Shown in pieces: positions 33,106 to 42,802 of a DNA stretch of 64,000 nucleotides. The DNA is taken from positions 1,947 through 65,946 of IMG/VR virus record IMGVR_UViG_2928125067_000004; one strand, given 5' to 3'. Each line of letters begins with the position of its first letter. The stretch's first letter is position 1. The notes beneath the pieces were generated by a model that was not told the DNA's origin, did no database searches, and worked only from the letters and a program-made list of their open reading frames with translations. Source of the stretch: a virus. Taxonomy: Duplodnaviria > Caudoviricetes. The position numbers were made by a program, and so were the translations under genes.

Positions 33106-33249
33106 TCATCGGTCCCGCAGGATCCGGCCCCACTCGTCGAGCAGGGCCATCGGCAGCTGGTAGCTCGCCTCGACGGCGATCGTCGCCGCGGCCGCGTAGA
33201 TCGCGACGAGCGACCAGAGATCGAGGTGTGGGCGGGGCTCAGAGCGCAT
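33106..33249 (-). CDS. Small membrane protein
   Basis: MRSEPRPHLDLWSLVAIYAAAATIAV...; coupled to the upstream gene. Confidence 0.4.
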   Translation of the reverse strand: MRSEPRPHLDLWSLVAIYAAAATIAVEASYQLPMALLDEWGRILRDR

Positions 33250-33648
33250 CGTCACCCACCAAGTCCTCGACGATCGCTTCGCGGTCCTCGTCGGAGTCGG
33301 CGAGGCGGTGCGCGTGGATCTCCGTCGCGCCATCGGCCGCGGCGAGCTCGGCGGCCTCGGCCATCGTGCCGCGCCAGCCGACGCCGACGATGCGGGCGAG
33401 CCCGTCATCACCGCGACGCACGCCGATCAGGACGGCGCCGGGCGCGTCGACCTCGGAGCGGGCCTGGGCCAGCGTGTAGACCGCCACGACATAGCGGCGG
33501 CCGGACTGGCCGCGCCAAGCGGAGAGATCGAGCACCGAGCAGCGCTGACCGCGCAGGCGCTCCTCGCGGATCTCACGGCGTACCATGCGATCCCCTCGAG
33601 CCTTGGCGAAGGCGGCGCCCCAGGCGACACGGCGGTTGGACGACATCA
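33239..33648 (-). CDS. Hypothetical protein
   Basis: WRGQSGRRYVV...HAHRLA; start approximate (MSSNRR). Confidence 0.55.
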
Positions 33649-33855
33649 GCGTTTCTGACGGCGGCAGCCGACCTTCACATAGCGACCCGCGCGCGGATCG
33701 CCGAAGGCCTCGGCGGCCATGACCTGGCCGAGCAGCTTGCACGCCTCTACCGAAGCGGACGGTTGCTCCAGGACGTCGAGCGCGTTGGCGCGGTCGCAGT
33801 CCGAGCCGGCGATCGCCGCCGAGCAGAGCATGGCGAAGGCGACGACGGTGTTCAT
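33646..33855 (-). CDS. Small secreted Cys-containing protein
   Basis: MNTVVAFAMLCSAAIAGSDC...C...VKVGC. Confidence 0.55.
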   Translation of the reverse strand: MNTVVAFAMLCSAAIAGSDCDRANALDVLEQPSASVEACKLLGQVMAAEAFGDPRAGRYVKVGCRRQKR

Positions 33856-34043
33856 GCCGCGTGTCCCATGCAGATGGTCGCGATCAGGACGCAGGCTGCG
33901 AGCGCGAAGTGCAGAGCGCCGATCAGGAGCACGTCCCGGATGGCGCGCTCGGCACTGCGGCGGCCGTGATGAGCATCGAGGCCGGCGATCGCGATCAAGA
34001 GCACGAAGGCGCACGCGATGAACGGCAGCGGCGCGGCGTCCAT
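33852..34043 (-). CDS. Small two-TM protein
   Basis: Two hydrophobic segments; overlapping start/stop with neighbours. Confidence 0.5.
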   Translation of the reverse strand: MDAAPLPFIACAFVLLIAIAGLDAHHGRRSAERAIRDVLLIGALHFALAACVLIATICMGHAA

Positions 34044-34044
34044 G

Positions 34045-34317
34045 TCAGTGCTCGCTCACGAGCTCGTCGGCGATCACCTGGCGTGTGGTGTAGTGCCGGA
34101 ACGCCTCGTCCGACGTCGCCGCAACGATGCGGATGCCGAAGCACCGGTGCGCTTCCTCGGCGGAGAGCTTGGCTGCCGGCGGCGTCCCCATTCCGATGGC
34201 GGCGGTCCCGGCGCAGAACTCGCGCTCGCCGCGGTGGATCAGGAGCTCCGGCGCCTCCGCCGGCCGGGCGCGAAGGCCGAAGAAGAGTGCGAGGCGCGCG
34301 GCGAGGCGGGACATCAC
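34045..34317 (-). CDS. Hypothetical protein
   Basis: ORF track frame 34045-34326; coupled start. Confidence 0.45.
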   Translation of the reverse strand: MMSRLAARLALFFGLRARPAEAPELLIHRGEREFCAGTAAIGMGTPPAAKLSAEEAHRCFGIRIVAATSDEAFRHYTTRQVIADELVSEH

Positions 34318-34694
34318 AGCCGCCACGCCTGCATGACGGCGCGCGCATGTTCGCGCTGCTCGTCGACGAAGTGGTCCCGGAACACCGGCAGGCTGAGGCC
34401 GGCCGTGACACGGCGCTCGTCGGCGATGGTCGGGGCCGCCACGACGCGCGTCTGCGCCGCGACCTCGGTGCCCCGCAGCTCGCGGATGGCCTCGCGGATG
34501 AGGATGACGGCGCCCGGCGAGTGAACGATCACCACCGCGCCATCGTCCGGAAGCGCCTGGACCATGCGGGCGGTCCGATCCGCGCGGCAGAGCTCACCCG
34601 GGGTGGGCGACGCGTCGGCCAAGCGGTCGGCCATGGGGCGCGGGGGCATCGAGGCCGGCACGCCGAGGCGAAGCGAGGTGTCCTGCAGCATCAC
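34314..34694 (-). CDS. Hypothetical protein
   Basis: ORF track; protein-like composition. Confidence 0.5.
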   Translation of the reverse strand: MMLQDTSLRLGVPASMPPRPMADRLADASPTPGELCRADRTARMVQALPDDGAVVIVHSPGAVILIREAIRELRGTEVAAQTRVVAAPTIADERRVTAGLSLPVFRDHFVDEQREHARAVMQAWRL

Positions 34695-34868
34695 GTCAGG
34701 CCACCACGATCACGAGATAGCTCACCCGGGAGTAGTCCCCCGAGGCGTGGGCTCGCAGGCGCTCCGCGCGGCGGCGGAGGCTCGGCGTGCAGGCCGAGCA
34801 GGCGAGTACGGCATCGCACATCGCGACCGTGGCTAGGCACTGACGCAGCGTCATCGGGGCTCTCAACG

Positions 34869-34893
34869 AAAAAGCCCCGCGCGAGGGCGGGGC
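34869..34893 (-). terminator. Intrinsic terminator after the first late ORF
   Basis: Minus strand GCCCCGC-CCTCGC-GCGGGGC-TTTTT. Confidence 0.75.
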
Positions 34894-34918
34894 GTGGGTC
34901 GGTGGATCAGACCGTGCG

Positions 34919-35230
34919 TCAGGCGCGGGCGGCGCGGGCAGCCTTGGTGCGCTCGCGATGGCGCAGGACCGCCGCCGGCACCGGCGGTCGGGGCCGCCGT
35001 TCCGGGCCGGCCGTGCCGCCGGCCTCGTGGCCGGGCCAGCTGCCGGTCAGGTCCCTGTAGAACCGTCTCGCGTGGTCGCGGATCTCGTCGCGGTCGGCGA
35101 CGTAGTCCTCCGGCGTGTGCCGGTGGCCCGGCGCGCGCAGACGGTCCGCCAGGAGGCAGAGGCCGTGGAGGCGCTCGACGATGTCACGTTCGGTCACGGC
35201 CGCGGATCCGTCATCGGGCGACCCTATCAA
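34919..35230 (-). CDS. Hypothetical protein
   Basis: ORF track; DIVERLHGLCLLADRLR...DEIRDHARRFYRDL looks protein-like. Confidence 0.5.
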   Translation of the reverse strand: MIGSPDDGSAAVTERDIVERLHGLCLLADRLRAPGHRHTPEDYVADRDEIRDHARRFYRDLTGSWPGHEAGGTAGPERRPRPPVPAAVLRHRERTKAARAARA

Positions 35231-35259
35231 GGAATGGTCCGCTGTGTCAGCGAATTAGG

Positions 35260-35860
35260 TAGGTGCGGGCCGGGGCTACAGCTTCAACCACCGTCCTGAG
35301 GACGGCTGCGGGTCTTTCGGGCGTCCTGGCTAGCCGGCTTACTGAGATGCCTTTTTCACGCGCTCATGCGCGCCGCACCATTCGTGAAAGGGGGCCGGCA
35401 CTCTCACCCGCCGGCAAGGCGCCCCAATTTACGGCGGGGGAAGCGCGGCCGGATATTCGCCGTCGGCGCGGCGGCCCTTCCGGGCATCGTTGAGGGTGAG
35501 ACGTCGGCCATCACACCCGCAGGACTGACCGCCGAACCGCTGCGAAAGCGGCCCACGGGATGACTGCGGCGATATGATTTCCTCGGTTCTGTCCACTCGG
35601 CCGCCCGTGACGTGCGGCCATATCCCGTGTTTCAGGGATCGCGGGGCATGAACACAACGTGCGGCAAGCTTGTCCGGGGGCACGAAGCGATACCCGAACC
35701 CGGCTTTGTGGAGCCGCTATAGGTCAGACTGTCAGGGTCAGAGCGGGCGAAACCGTCCGCATCAGAGGTCGGTCGCCACGGTGAGATCAGCGCTTCATGG
35801 CTGGTCTCCCCGAAACGGCGACGGCCCCGCGCGGGGGTCCGCCGGGGCCGTCTTAAACTT
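35260..35860 (-). ncRNA. Candidate structured leader/ncRNA (strand uncertain)
   Basis: About 600 nt without a convincing ORF and with at least nine hairpins, directly downstream of the putative promoter. Confidence 0.4.
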
Positions 35861-35871
35861 CTGCGCTGTCC

Positions 35872-35900
35872 ATATGCGTCAAGCGACAAACCGCAGTCAA
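35872..35900 (-). promoter_or_regulatory. Putative sigma70 late promoter
   Basis: Minus strand (C)TTGACT-N17-GCATAT, resembling the rhizobial CTTGAC...CTATAT consensus. Confidence 0.5.
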
Positions 35901-36214
35901 GAGGCCTGTCCTCACCCTGTGAAGCTGAGCTTTTCAGCGACGCGGGCCATTGGCTGCTTGGGGTGGTTTGCCGTCTGTCCGCTTCTGGGATGCAGTTCCA
36001 TAGGAGCGGACATTGGCTTCGTGCTCGCTTACAGCTCCAAGTGGACGACCGAGCCAGCTTGCTACGACGACCAAAGCACTTGGAAAGCGGATGATCGGCG
36101 GCGAGAAACCTACAAGTCCTCGGGTTGAAAAGATTTCCTCATTGGTGCACTGACGCATACGAAGAATTCATGGGAGCGTGAGTTGTGCGAGTCCGAGCTA
36201 GGGCTCAGCCTGTC

Positions 36215-36478
36215 TCAATGATCCCGGCTAACCGCTTCGTTCTCCACGCTAAGCACGCTGGAGTGGCGCTCCTTGGATCCCATCCGCGCATTTGTACTGG
36301 TCCGGTGTGAGCGCCAGTTCTGCACCGTCGTGGCGCGTATGCCGTAGCGCTTGGCAGTGGCCCCTACGCTTTCTTGACGGGCTGGGATTGATTGACGGAT
36401 CGTCTCAGTCGTCGTGCGCCGCCGTAGAGAACCTATTCCACAGCACGCTTCTTCATGCGTCATCAGTTGTGCCACCAC
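36215..36478 (-). pseudogene. IS481-family transposase remnant
   Basis: TTTETIRQSI...ESVGATAKRYGI..TTVQNWR...SSVLSVENEA matches the IS481 N-terminal HTH pattern; truncated. Confidence 0.7.
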
Positions 36479-36508
36479 GCAGCGGGACCGGAAATCTGTT
36501 CCGATCGT

Positions 36509-36739
36509 TCATCGTCCAACCGAATTATTTGAGAGATAGGAACCCACCAGGAAGCCGACTTGAGTGCTAGCGAGGTTAGACACAAGCATCAGAAATGATG
36601 TCACGTCGATTTTCAGCTCGTAGAGGGACCACATTACGTGCGCCGATAGGATCAGAAATGATGCGGCGATTAGAGATCCGATCCTATAGTATCTCCCAAG
36701 GACCGCACCAAGTATCGCGAGTCCAAGTGCCGTAAGCAT
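36509..36739 (-). CDS. Small membrane protein co-transcribed with the HD-GYP gene
   Basis: Hydrophobic 76 aa; start abuts the HD-GYP stop. Confidence 0.65.
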   Translation of the reverse strand: MLTALGLAILGAVLGRYYRIGSLIAASFLILSAHVMWSLYELKIDVTSFLMLVSNLASTQVGFLVGSYLSNNSVGR

Positions 36740-37798
36740 TCATCCTGTCCCGAGGTTTGCCTCGATCGGATCGAAAGCGTTCATGACAGGACGGAAGGCA
36801 TTGAGTAGGTCGACATCTACCCGGCCGACCATCGAGCGTAGGATGCCATGGGCCTGCCTACCAGTCATCGGCGATCGGTATGGACGCCGCTCGATGAGCG
36901 CACCATAGATGTCACAGATCGTCACCAGTCGCACTAGATCCGGGATCTCGGGCGCTCGCAGGCCGTCCGGATAGCCGGACCCGTCTAGCATCTCGTGATG
37001 CGAGCGCACGACCTGCAGTATCTCCGGCGAGAAGCCGCTGTTCCGCAGCATATCGTAGCCGAGCGCTGCGTGTGTGCGCATCACTACCGTCTCCTCCTCT
37101 GTCAGCCGACCGGGCTTGTTGAGAATCGCCAGCGGGATCCGGATCTTGCCAACATCGTGCAGCAGCGCCGCTTTGGTAAGCTGATAGCCGTCCGGGTCGC
37201 GGAACCCCAGCTTGGTCGCAAACGCAGCTGCGAGGCCCGTCACCAGTAGGCAGTGCTGGTGCGTGGCCTCGTCGAAGCGCTGAACGGCGCGGATCCAGTC
37301 GCGAATGCCGGCCTCATGCACTGCGCGAGAGATCAGCACAGTTCCAGCCTCAGCCAACCCGGGGGTGATCGCCCTTCCGGAAAAGAAGTTTTGATTAAAG
37401 AACTGGCGTGCCTCGTCGGCTAGTTTGATCGCGATAGCAGAAGCACCCTGTTTTTGTAAATGATCAATTCTATCCTTCAAGATTTTTAGCATTGATGTAG
37501 CCGGGATGGTTTCGCTCGCACCCAGCAGACGCGCATGGGCTTCGGCCCGCACAGCGTTGCCATGTGTAAGAATTAGGAAGGGCACGCCTACGGCATGCAT
37601 CGGCTCGAGAAGGCGCTGGAAACGGACGATTGCATCTGAGGTAAGCCGCGCCACATCGCCGATAATCAGATCTGGCGTCGCCATAAGACCAGTATCTACA
37701 TATAGATCCTGGACCGTGTATGGCTGATATAGACCGAGAGCGCTCACCAAACGCTCTGTCCGTTGAATTTCGTCGGAAATGAGCAACAATCCGCTCAT
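36740..37798 (-). CDS. HD-GYP phosphodiesterase with a degenerate receiver-like N terminus
   Basis: ALLHDVGK, ILNKPGRLT, HHEMLDGSGYPDGL, TICDIYGAL motifs. Confidence 0.9.
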   Translation of the reverse strand: MSGLLLISDEIQRTERLVSALGLYQPYTVQDLYVDTGLMATPDLIIGDVARLTSDAIVRFQRLLEPMHAVGVPFLILTHGNAVRAEAHARLLGASETIPATSMLKILKDRIDHLQKQGASAIAIKLADEARQFFNQNFFSGRAITPGLAEAGTVLISRAVHEAGIRDWIRAVQRFDEATHQHCLLVTGLAAAFATKLGFRDPDGYQLTKAALLHDVGKIRIPLAILNKPGRLTEEETVVMRTHAALGYDMLRNSGFSPEILQVVRSHHEMLDGSGYPDGLRAPEIPDLVRLVTICDIYGALIERRPYRSPMTGRQAHGILRSMVGRVDVDLLNAFRPVMNAFDPIEANLGTG

Positions 37799-38777
37799 TT
37801 TTTCTCCTGAAGATTTCCTATCGGTCGCTTCATCGGCTTTAAGGTGGAGGAACAGTCAGCAGCCTGATGCACGCTGCTGTGTTCGCTCATTAAATTTTTT
37901 CGTTTATGTCGATAAATTGATCGAGAACGGTCGAATACAGTGGCCAAGCCTCATGGCAAAGTTGGGTGTGCTTTCCGCCGAATTGGATCGCCTTGAAAGC
38001 GCGTCTTTTTCCGAATGGAAAGGCGAAGACAAAACTCCATAAGTATTAATAGCAAACTGTGGTGTAAAGTTATTGATGATTGGCCGCCTGCAATCTGAAA
38101 GTGCACGATCATTCGGCTTTTTGTTCTTGCACACGTCGCGCCTACAACTCTAAATAGTTCTAATTCCAACCGATGTTAGTGAATAATTCGATCGAGCACC
38201 GACGTCAAAATGCAATTATGGCGGTGCGCACCGAACTCAGTCGTATGGTTGATAAAACATAAATAGGCTCGGGATAGACTCGATAAGCGTGCGTTTTAGA
38301 GGCAAAAATCGCTCGCCGATAATAGTATCGCTTGGATAATGGATTAAAACTAGTGATAATTCCTGTGTTGATTAAGTATTCTATCAAACGTTAGCCAGAA
38401 GACTGCCCGCCGCGGACGCGACCTCGGTGGGTCGGCTGACGCTGGCCTGGTAGGCGACCTCAAGACGGACTGACGCTCGGCCGAGAGCAGAACGATGCGT
38501 GGGCGTGCTGGGTGTGTTTGAGCGGGCGAGAGCGGTCACTGGCGATCGTAGCCAGCTGTGCCGCGTCGCTCACATGGAGAGGCGCTCATGCCGTCTGAGC
38601 AACAGCCCAGACCCGCACGTATTATTGTGCGCGTGAATTCTCTATCCGCGTCAGCGCGCTAGAGAGCGGTCCAAACCATTGTGTCTGCTTCTGGGAAACG
38701 TCGATGGCTGCAGGAATGACTGCGTCGGGTCGCAAACAGACTCTCGCAGGCCCGATCCGATCGGAGGTGAAGCCGTC

Positions 38778-39803
38778 TCAGGCCGTGGAGGCCTGGGCGG
38801 CCGGCACAGCCTTCGGCTTACGTGGACTGCTCCTACGACGGTGAGACAGCAGGTAGTTCACGACCTGCTCGACACGCTGCTCGCGCAGGCGCTTGCGGCT
38901 CGACGGGTTGTCGAGGATCCGCTTCGGCTTCGCTGCGTCCGTCTCACCCGCCCAAGGACGCTGCGCGGCCGCCGGCGGCAGCACGGCGATCGACGCGAGC
39001 TTGCCGGAGAGCTCGTGCGCCAACAGGTCGAGCCCCGCCCACCAGGCGGCATACTCGGCCCGCTCGATCAGGATCGACTTCGGATCGTCCCACTCGATCA
39101 CGCAGTAGGCGCCGCGCGGATACCGATCCTTGCCCTCGGCGCCGACCTTCTCCTCCACCAGGTGCGGGCGCAGCCGCCCATCGTCGTCCGCCTTCATCGT
39201 GGAGCGAAGGATCATCACCAGCGGGCGGCCCTGCTTGTCCACAACCGCCGCGGGCTCGGGCGAGGCTGCGAAGGTCGGCCGTGCGCCGAGCCGGGCCCGG
39301 ATCCGCACGACCTCGACGAGCTGCTGCATCGCCCGCGCCATCGGGCCCTGCTGATCCTGGCCAGCAGGGAGATCCGGGGCGAGCCCAAGGTCGCCGTCGA
39401 AGCGATGATCGGCGAAGCGGGACAGCCCGAGGACGGCCGCCTCGACGATCAGCGCGTCGGGGTGCGGCTCGCCCATGGCCGCCGGGAAGCCGGGCTCGCG
39501 GGTGAAGTTCTCGATCCGGCCGCCGTGCTGGGCCATGGCGAACATCGGGCAGACCGAGGGGAACTCGCGCATCCGGAACGACCCGTCGTCCTCGCGCCGC
39601 TTCGGCAGCTCGTCGACGAACGCCCAGCGCAGCACGTCCTCGATGTCCATGACGCGTTTGTTCGGCGTCTCCGGACGGCGCGTGCCGATCGGCGGAGCGT
39701 GGACACGGCTCTGGCGGATGCCGCCCGCATGACGTCCGGGTGAGGAGCGCCGGGCCGGCGCGAAGGCGTGGGTGGTGCTCTGCGACTGCGACGGTGCCGG
39801 CAC
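38778..39803 (-). CDS. Conserved prophage protein at the Q position (candidate late regulator)
   Basis: DIEDVLRWAFVDELPK...PHPDALIVEAAV...AEYAAWWAGL pattern; last early gene before the late promoter; start uncertain (GTG 39803 or ATG near 39650). Confidence 0.65.
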   Translation of the reverse strand: MPAPSQSQSTTHAFAPARRSSPGRHAGGIRQSRVHAPPIGTRRPETPNKRVMDIEDVLRWAFVDELPKRREDDGSFRMREFPSVCPMFAMAQHGGRIENFTREPGFPAAMGEPHPDALIVEAAVLGLSRFADHRFDGDLGLAPDLPAGQDQQGPMARAMQQLVEVVRIRARLGARPTFAASPEPAAVVDKQGRPLVMILRSTMKADDDGRLRPHLVEEKVGAEGKDRYPRGAYCVIEWDDPKSILIERAEYAAWWAGLDLLAHELSGKLASIAVLPPAAAQRPWAGETDAAKPKRILDNPSSRKRLREQRVEQVVNYLLSHRRRSSPRKPKAVPAAQASTA

Positions 39804-39877
39804 GGTGGATCCCCAATGCTGTGCCGGTTCGATACAAAGCGGCAGCACGCGTTGATCCGGTGCCAGTTTTCTCAGTG

Positions 39878-40258
39878 TCAAGATGAATTCAGATCGGCGT
39901 GACTGCGCAGGATCGCCGCGTTGATACCGGCGGCGATCTGCTCGGCCGCTTCGTCCCGGAGCCGGTAGATCGTCGCCGGCGACCCCCAGCCTCGACAGCG
40001 GATGAACTCCTGGAAGCTTTCCTTGGCTGCCCGGCAGCGAGCCCAGGCCAGCAGAACATCGCGCTTGCGTGTCCAAAGCGGGTCGACGAGATCGAGATAG
40101 TCGTTCGGCCACTCGATCGGCCGGATTTCGGCTGGCCCCCGCACGCGTGGGTCCGTGTGCATCGCCCGCTTCATCCAGAGCAGCACATCGCCGCTCGTCC
40201 AGCTGGGGGTGTGGCCGAGGGCGGGGTGAAGCGGTGGACCTTCCTGGCGGAGCGGCAT
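39878..40258 (-). CDS. Hypothetical protein with C-terminal HTH-like helix pair
   Basis: WTSGDVLLWMKRA...GWGSPATIYRLRDEAAEQIA. Confidence 0.55.
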   Translation of the reverse strand: MPLRQEGPPLHPALGHTPSWTSGDVLLWMKRAMHTDPRVRGPAEIRPIEWPNDYLDLVDPLWTRKRDVLLAWARCRAAKESFQEFIRCRGWGSPATIYRLRDEAAEQIAAGINAAILRSHADLNSS

Positions 40259-40697
40259 CTTACGCGACGAGGCGGTCCAGATCGCCGCTCGTCGTTCTTA
40301 GCATGTTCCCTGGTACAGAACCGTGGCAGCTCGGCAATGGTGGGCCTGCGCACTGTCGGATGAAACGTGCTGCAATCTCAGCCTCAAGCCAGACGCTTCT
40401 ATGCCTGCCGGCACACCAACCGCGGGTCCTCGATAGCGATCAAACCATCCAGAAGGCGGATGGTCTCTCGGGCCGTGCGGGCTTTCACGAAACCAGAAGC
40501 ATCGCCGATGTCTCGCAAATTTCAAGGCTTTTGTCGAAGGATTTGCAATAATCAAGCTTGTAAGGCGATAGGGAGAAATCTTTTATGTCCCTGCCGCCAA
40601 GTGTAATTCAAGAGAGAGAGTGCGGATCATAAGCGGTCTTCTCCGTCTCTCTCGTTTTTCGTAACCTAAACTAAGCGCTATTCGTTGAGCCCGCTGC

Positions 40698-42392
40698 CTA
40701 CCGAGGCACCAACTTTGACAGCCAGTCTTCGAGGTAGGCGATGGCTTCCGGTTCGATGTCTCCTGCCCTTTTCCTGATAGCTGTTATCTGGCGAATTGCC
40801 GTTATGACATCTTCGAAAGGGTTATGCCGCATCAGATGAAATGGCACCTCCCACCAGCGACTTACAAGCAAAGCATGGCATATATCGTCGCTGAAACGAC
40901 GTTTGATCTCTCTGGCTGGCTGACCCAATACTATAGAATAAGGACGCACATCTTTCGTAACAATTGCGCCAGCGCCAACTATGGCGCCGTGCCCAACTCG
41001 CACGCCGGCCATTATTACAGCGCCGGCGCCAACCCAAACATCGTTGCCTATATCAGCGCCGGGACACGAAAGTTGCTGGGCGATGCTTGAGAATTGTATG
41101 CTAGTAGTCAGTCCGGCAATTGGATGATCTGATGCTCCGATGGCCGCGTTTCGAGCAATCGAACAAAATCTTCCAACTCTGGTATTGGGATACAAGGTCG
41201 CTCCATTTATTTGTGTGTATGCCCCAACTGTACAATTTGTCTGGATTTCGGCGCCAAATGTGATTTCCACTCCTTCTTCGAAAAAATTATTGTACTTGTC
41301 CAGGCCTGATTGCGGTTTGTATACGGCGGCTAAAGCTTCAAACTTCAGCTCCGTTGAGGCGCTGGGATTGTATGTGGTATCGATCCTGTTGGCTTGATCC
41401 ACGTCGTCCGATGTCTTGGACAGGATATCAAATACAATATGCCCGGACATTTCTTCAATTATTTTCCACTCTGCGTTGAGATCTTCGGAATGGATTTTTG
41501 TTGCTTTTGTTAAAAGCCATCTATGGAGCGGATTGATGTTTGCCGATCCGTAAGCTGTCTGACCAATAATTGAGGCGCTGGCTCTTGCTTCTGAGTGGTC
41601 AGAATATGACACGTCTGCCGTGGTCAGCGTACAAAGTAATAGTTCGTCCGAGTCGGAAATAACATGAATGTCGTCCCAAACACCAAACGCGCGGCCTATG
41701 AAATCGCCATCGACCGTGTCCTTATTTAAATATTCCAAAGCCTGCCTGTTTGTGAGATCGAACGCCAAAGGAAGCAAATGGAAATTGCGGCAAAGCCATC
41801 CGTCAGGAGCGTCCCACATGAGTGCGAACGGTTGAGTAGAGAAGTCATCCGAATTCCAGTGGTACCTCATCCATTCTGGATGGATATTTTCTCTCAGATA
41901 CTCAGCCAATTGTCGGCCAGTGAGCGAAAAAGTTGATTTGTATTTATACTTCAGATCATCAAATGACTTTTCCCGACTTAATCTTGGTCCATTAATCATT
42001 ATGGCGCGTTTGCCGCTGCGGCGAATTTTGGCGATTGTGCTCAAGGCGTTTTCGGAAAACACGCCATCCGGTGGGATAATGATTGCCCACGCCCCTTCCT
42101 GCGACGTTCGCAGCGCGCCCTGGTAGTGAGCTGCCGCCATCGATTGATAGGGATTGTCAGTAATCGATGGATCGAAATCTAAAAATTCTACATTAAAGAA
42201 TGGCAAGTTCTTCTGAAAAGATTCGGCGATGATTTCATTGTTTATTTTTGGCGTGAACACCAAAGCTTTCCAGGTGTATAATTCGATGTCGCCCTTATCT
42301 AAGTTTCCAATACTTAAGCTTGGCAAAGTGATGCTACGTAGACAATCTACATAGTCACTCCCCCATGCCGCAATGATCATGTTGAATTTCAT
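40698..42392 (-). CDS. Fusion: glycosyltransferase-like N domain plus Vat/CatB-type hexapeptide acetyltransferase
   Basis: C-terminal VGRFCSIARNAAIGASDHP...IGNDVWVGAGAVIMAGVRVGHGAIVGAGAIVTKDVRPY; N-terminal AWGSDY...LPSL...GNL; low GC. Confidence 0.75.
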   Translation of the reverse strand: MKFNMIIAAWGSDYVDCLRSITLPSLSIGNLDKGDIELYTWKALVFTPKINNEIIAESFQKNLPFFNVEFLDFDPSITDNPYQSMAAAHYQGALRTSQEGAWAIIIPPDGVFSENALSTIAKIRRSGKRAIMINGPRLSREKSFDDLKYKYKSTFSLTGRQLAEYLRENIHPEWMRYHWNSDDFSTQPFALMWDAPDGWLCRNFHLLPLAFDLTNRQALEYLNKDTVDGDFIGRAFGVWDDIHVISDSDELLLCTLTTADVSYSDHSEARASASIIGQTAYGSANINPLHRWLLTKATKIHSEDLNAEWKIIEEMSGHIVFDILSKTSDDVDQANRIDTTYNPSASTELKFEALAAVYKPQSGLDKYNNFFEEGVEITFGAEIQTNCTVGAYTQINGATLYPNTRVGRFCSIARNAAIGASDHPIAGLTTSIQFSSIAQQLSCPGADIGNDVWVGAGAVIMAGVRVGHGAIVGAGAIVTKDVRPYSIVLGQPAREIKRRFSDDICHALLVSRWWEVPFHLMRHNPFEDVITAIRQITAIRKRAGDIEPEAIAYLEDWLSKLVPR

Positions 42393-42437
42393 TGACTGTC
42401 TTTCAGTTTATCTGACGCCAGACTTGTAACATGAAAT

Positions 42438-42623
42438 TCAAAATCTATTTTTCTTTATCAGGCCGCGAGCATATGCAAAGCTAATTACTTCAGAGTCGGC
42501 TAATTCCCTTCCATCGCCGATCCGCCATAACCTAGGGTCCTGCTCCGATGGTCTAATATCATACCCAGCCTTTTTCAGCGCATTTACTGCATGAAATAAT
42601 ACAATATCACCAGACATACTCAT
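42438..42623 (-). CDS. Small hypothetical protein
   Basis: ORF track; in the low-GC island upstream of the fusion gene. Confidence 0.5.
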   Translation of the reverse strand: MSMSGDIVLFHAVNALKKAGYDIRPSEQDPRLWRIGDGRELADSEVISFAYARGLIKKNRF

Positions 42624-42802
42624 ATTGGGCTCCAGAGCGCAGTGGAGCCATCAGCAAGTCTATCGCGATTGTAAAGTGCGGAAATGCCACATTTGGCAAC
42701 GATAGGTTGTGGCGGTAGTGGCATTACCGTGCTGGGAGGCTGCGGTCCATGTTCTCTAAGGAGCTGCGGGAGCCAGATGGTCTGCGATCCCTGCTTATCG
42801 CG

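Noticed and set aside
37800-38400. c-di-GMP riboswitch upstream of the HD-GYP gene
   Set aside because: AT-rich region with no recognisable class I/II consensus; the short ORFs here look spurious; an Rfam scan would settle it
40260-40620. Short ORFs between the 39878 gene and the low-GC moron
   Set aside because: No motifs, overlapping frames; probably degenerate or intergenic
40850-41250. Antibiotic-resistance (vat/cat) gene call
   Set aside because: The hexapeptide domain is only the C terminus of a larger fusion; this fold is shared with sugar O-acetyltransferases
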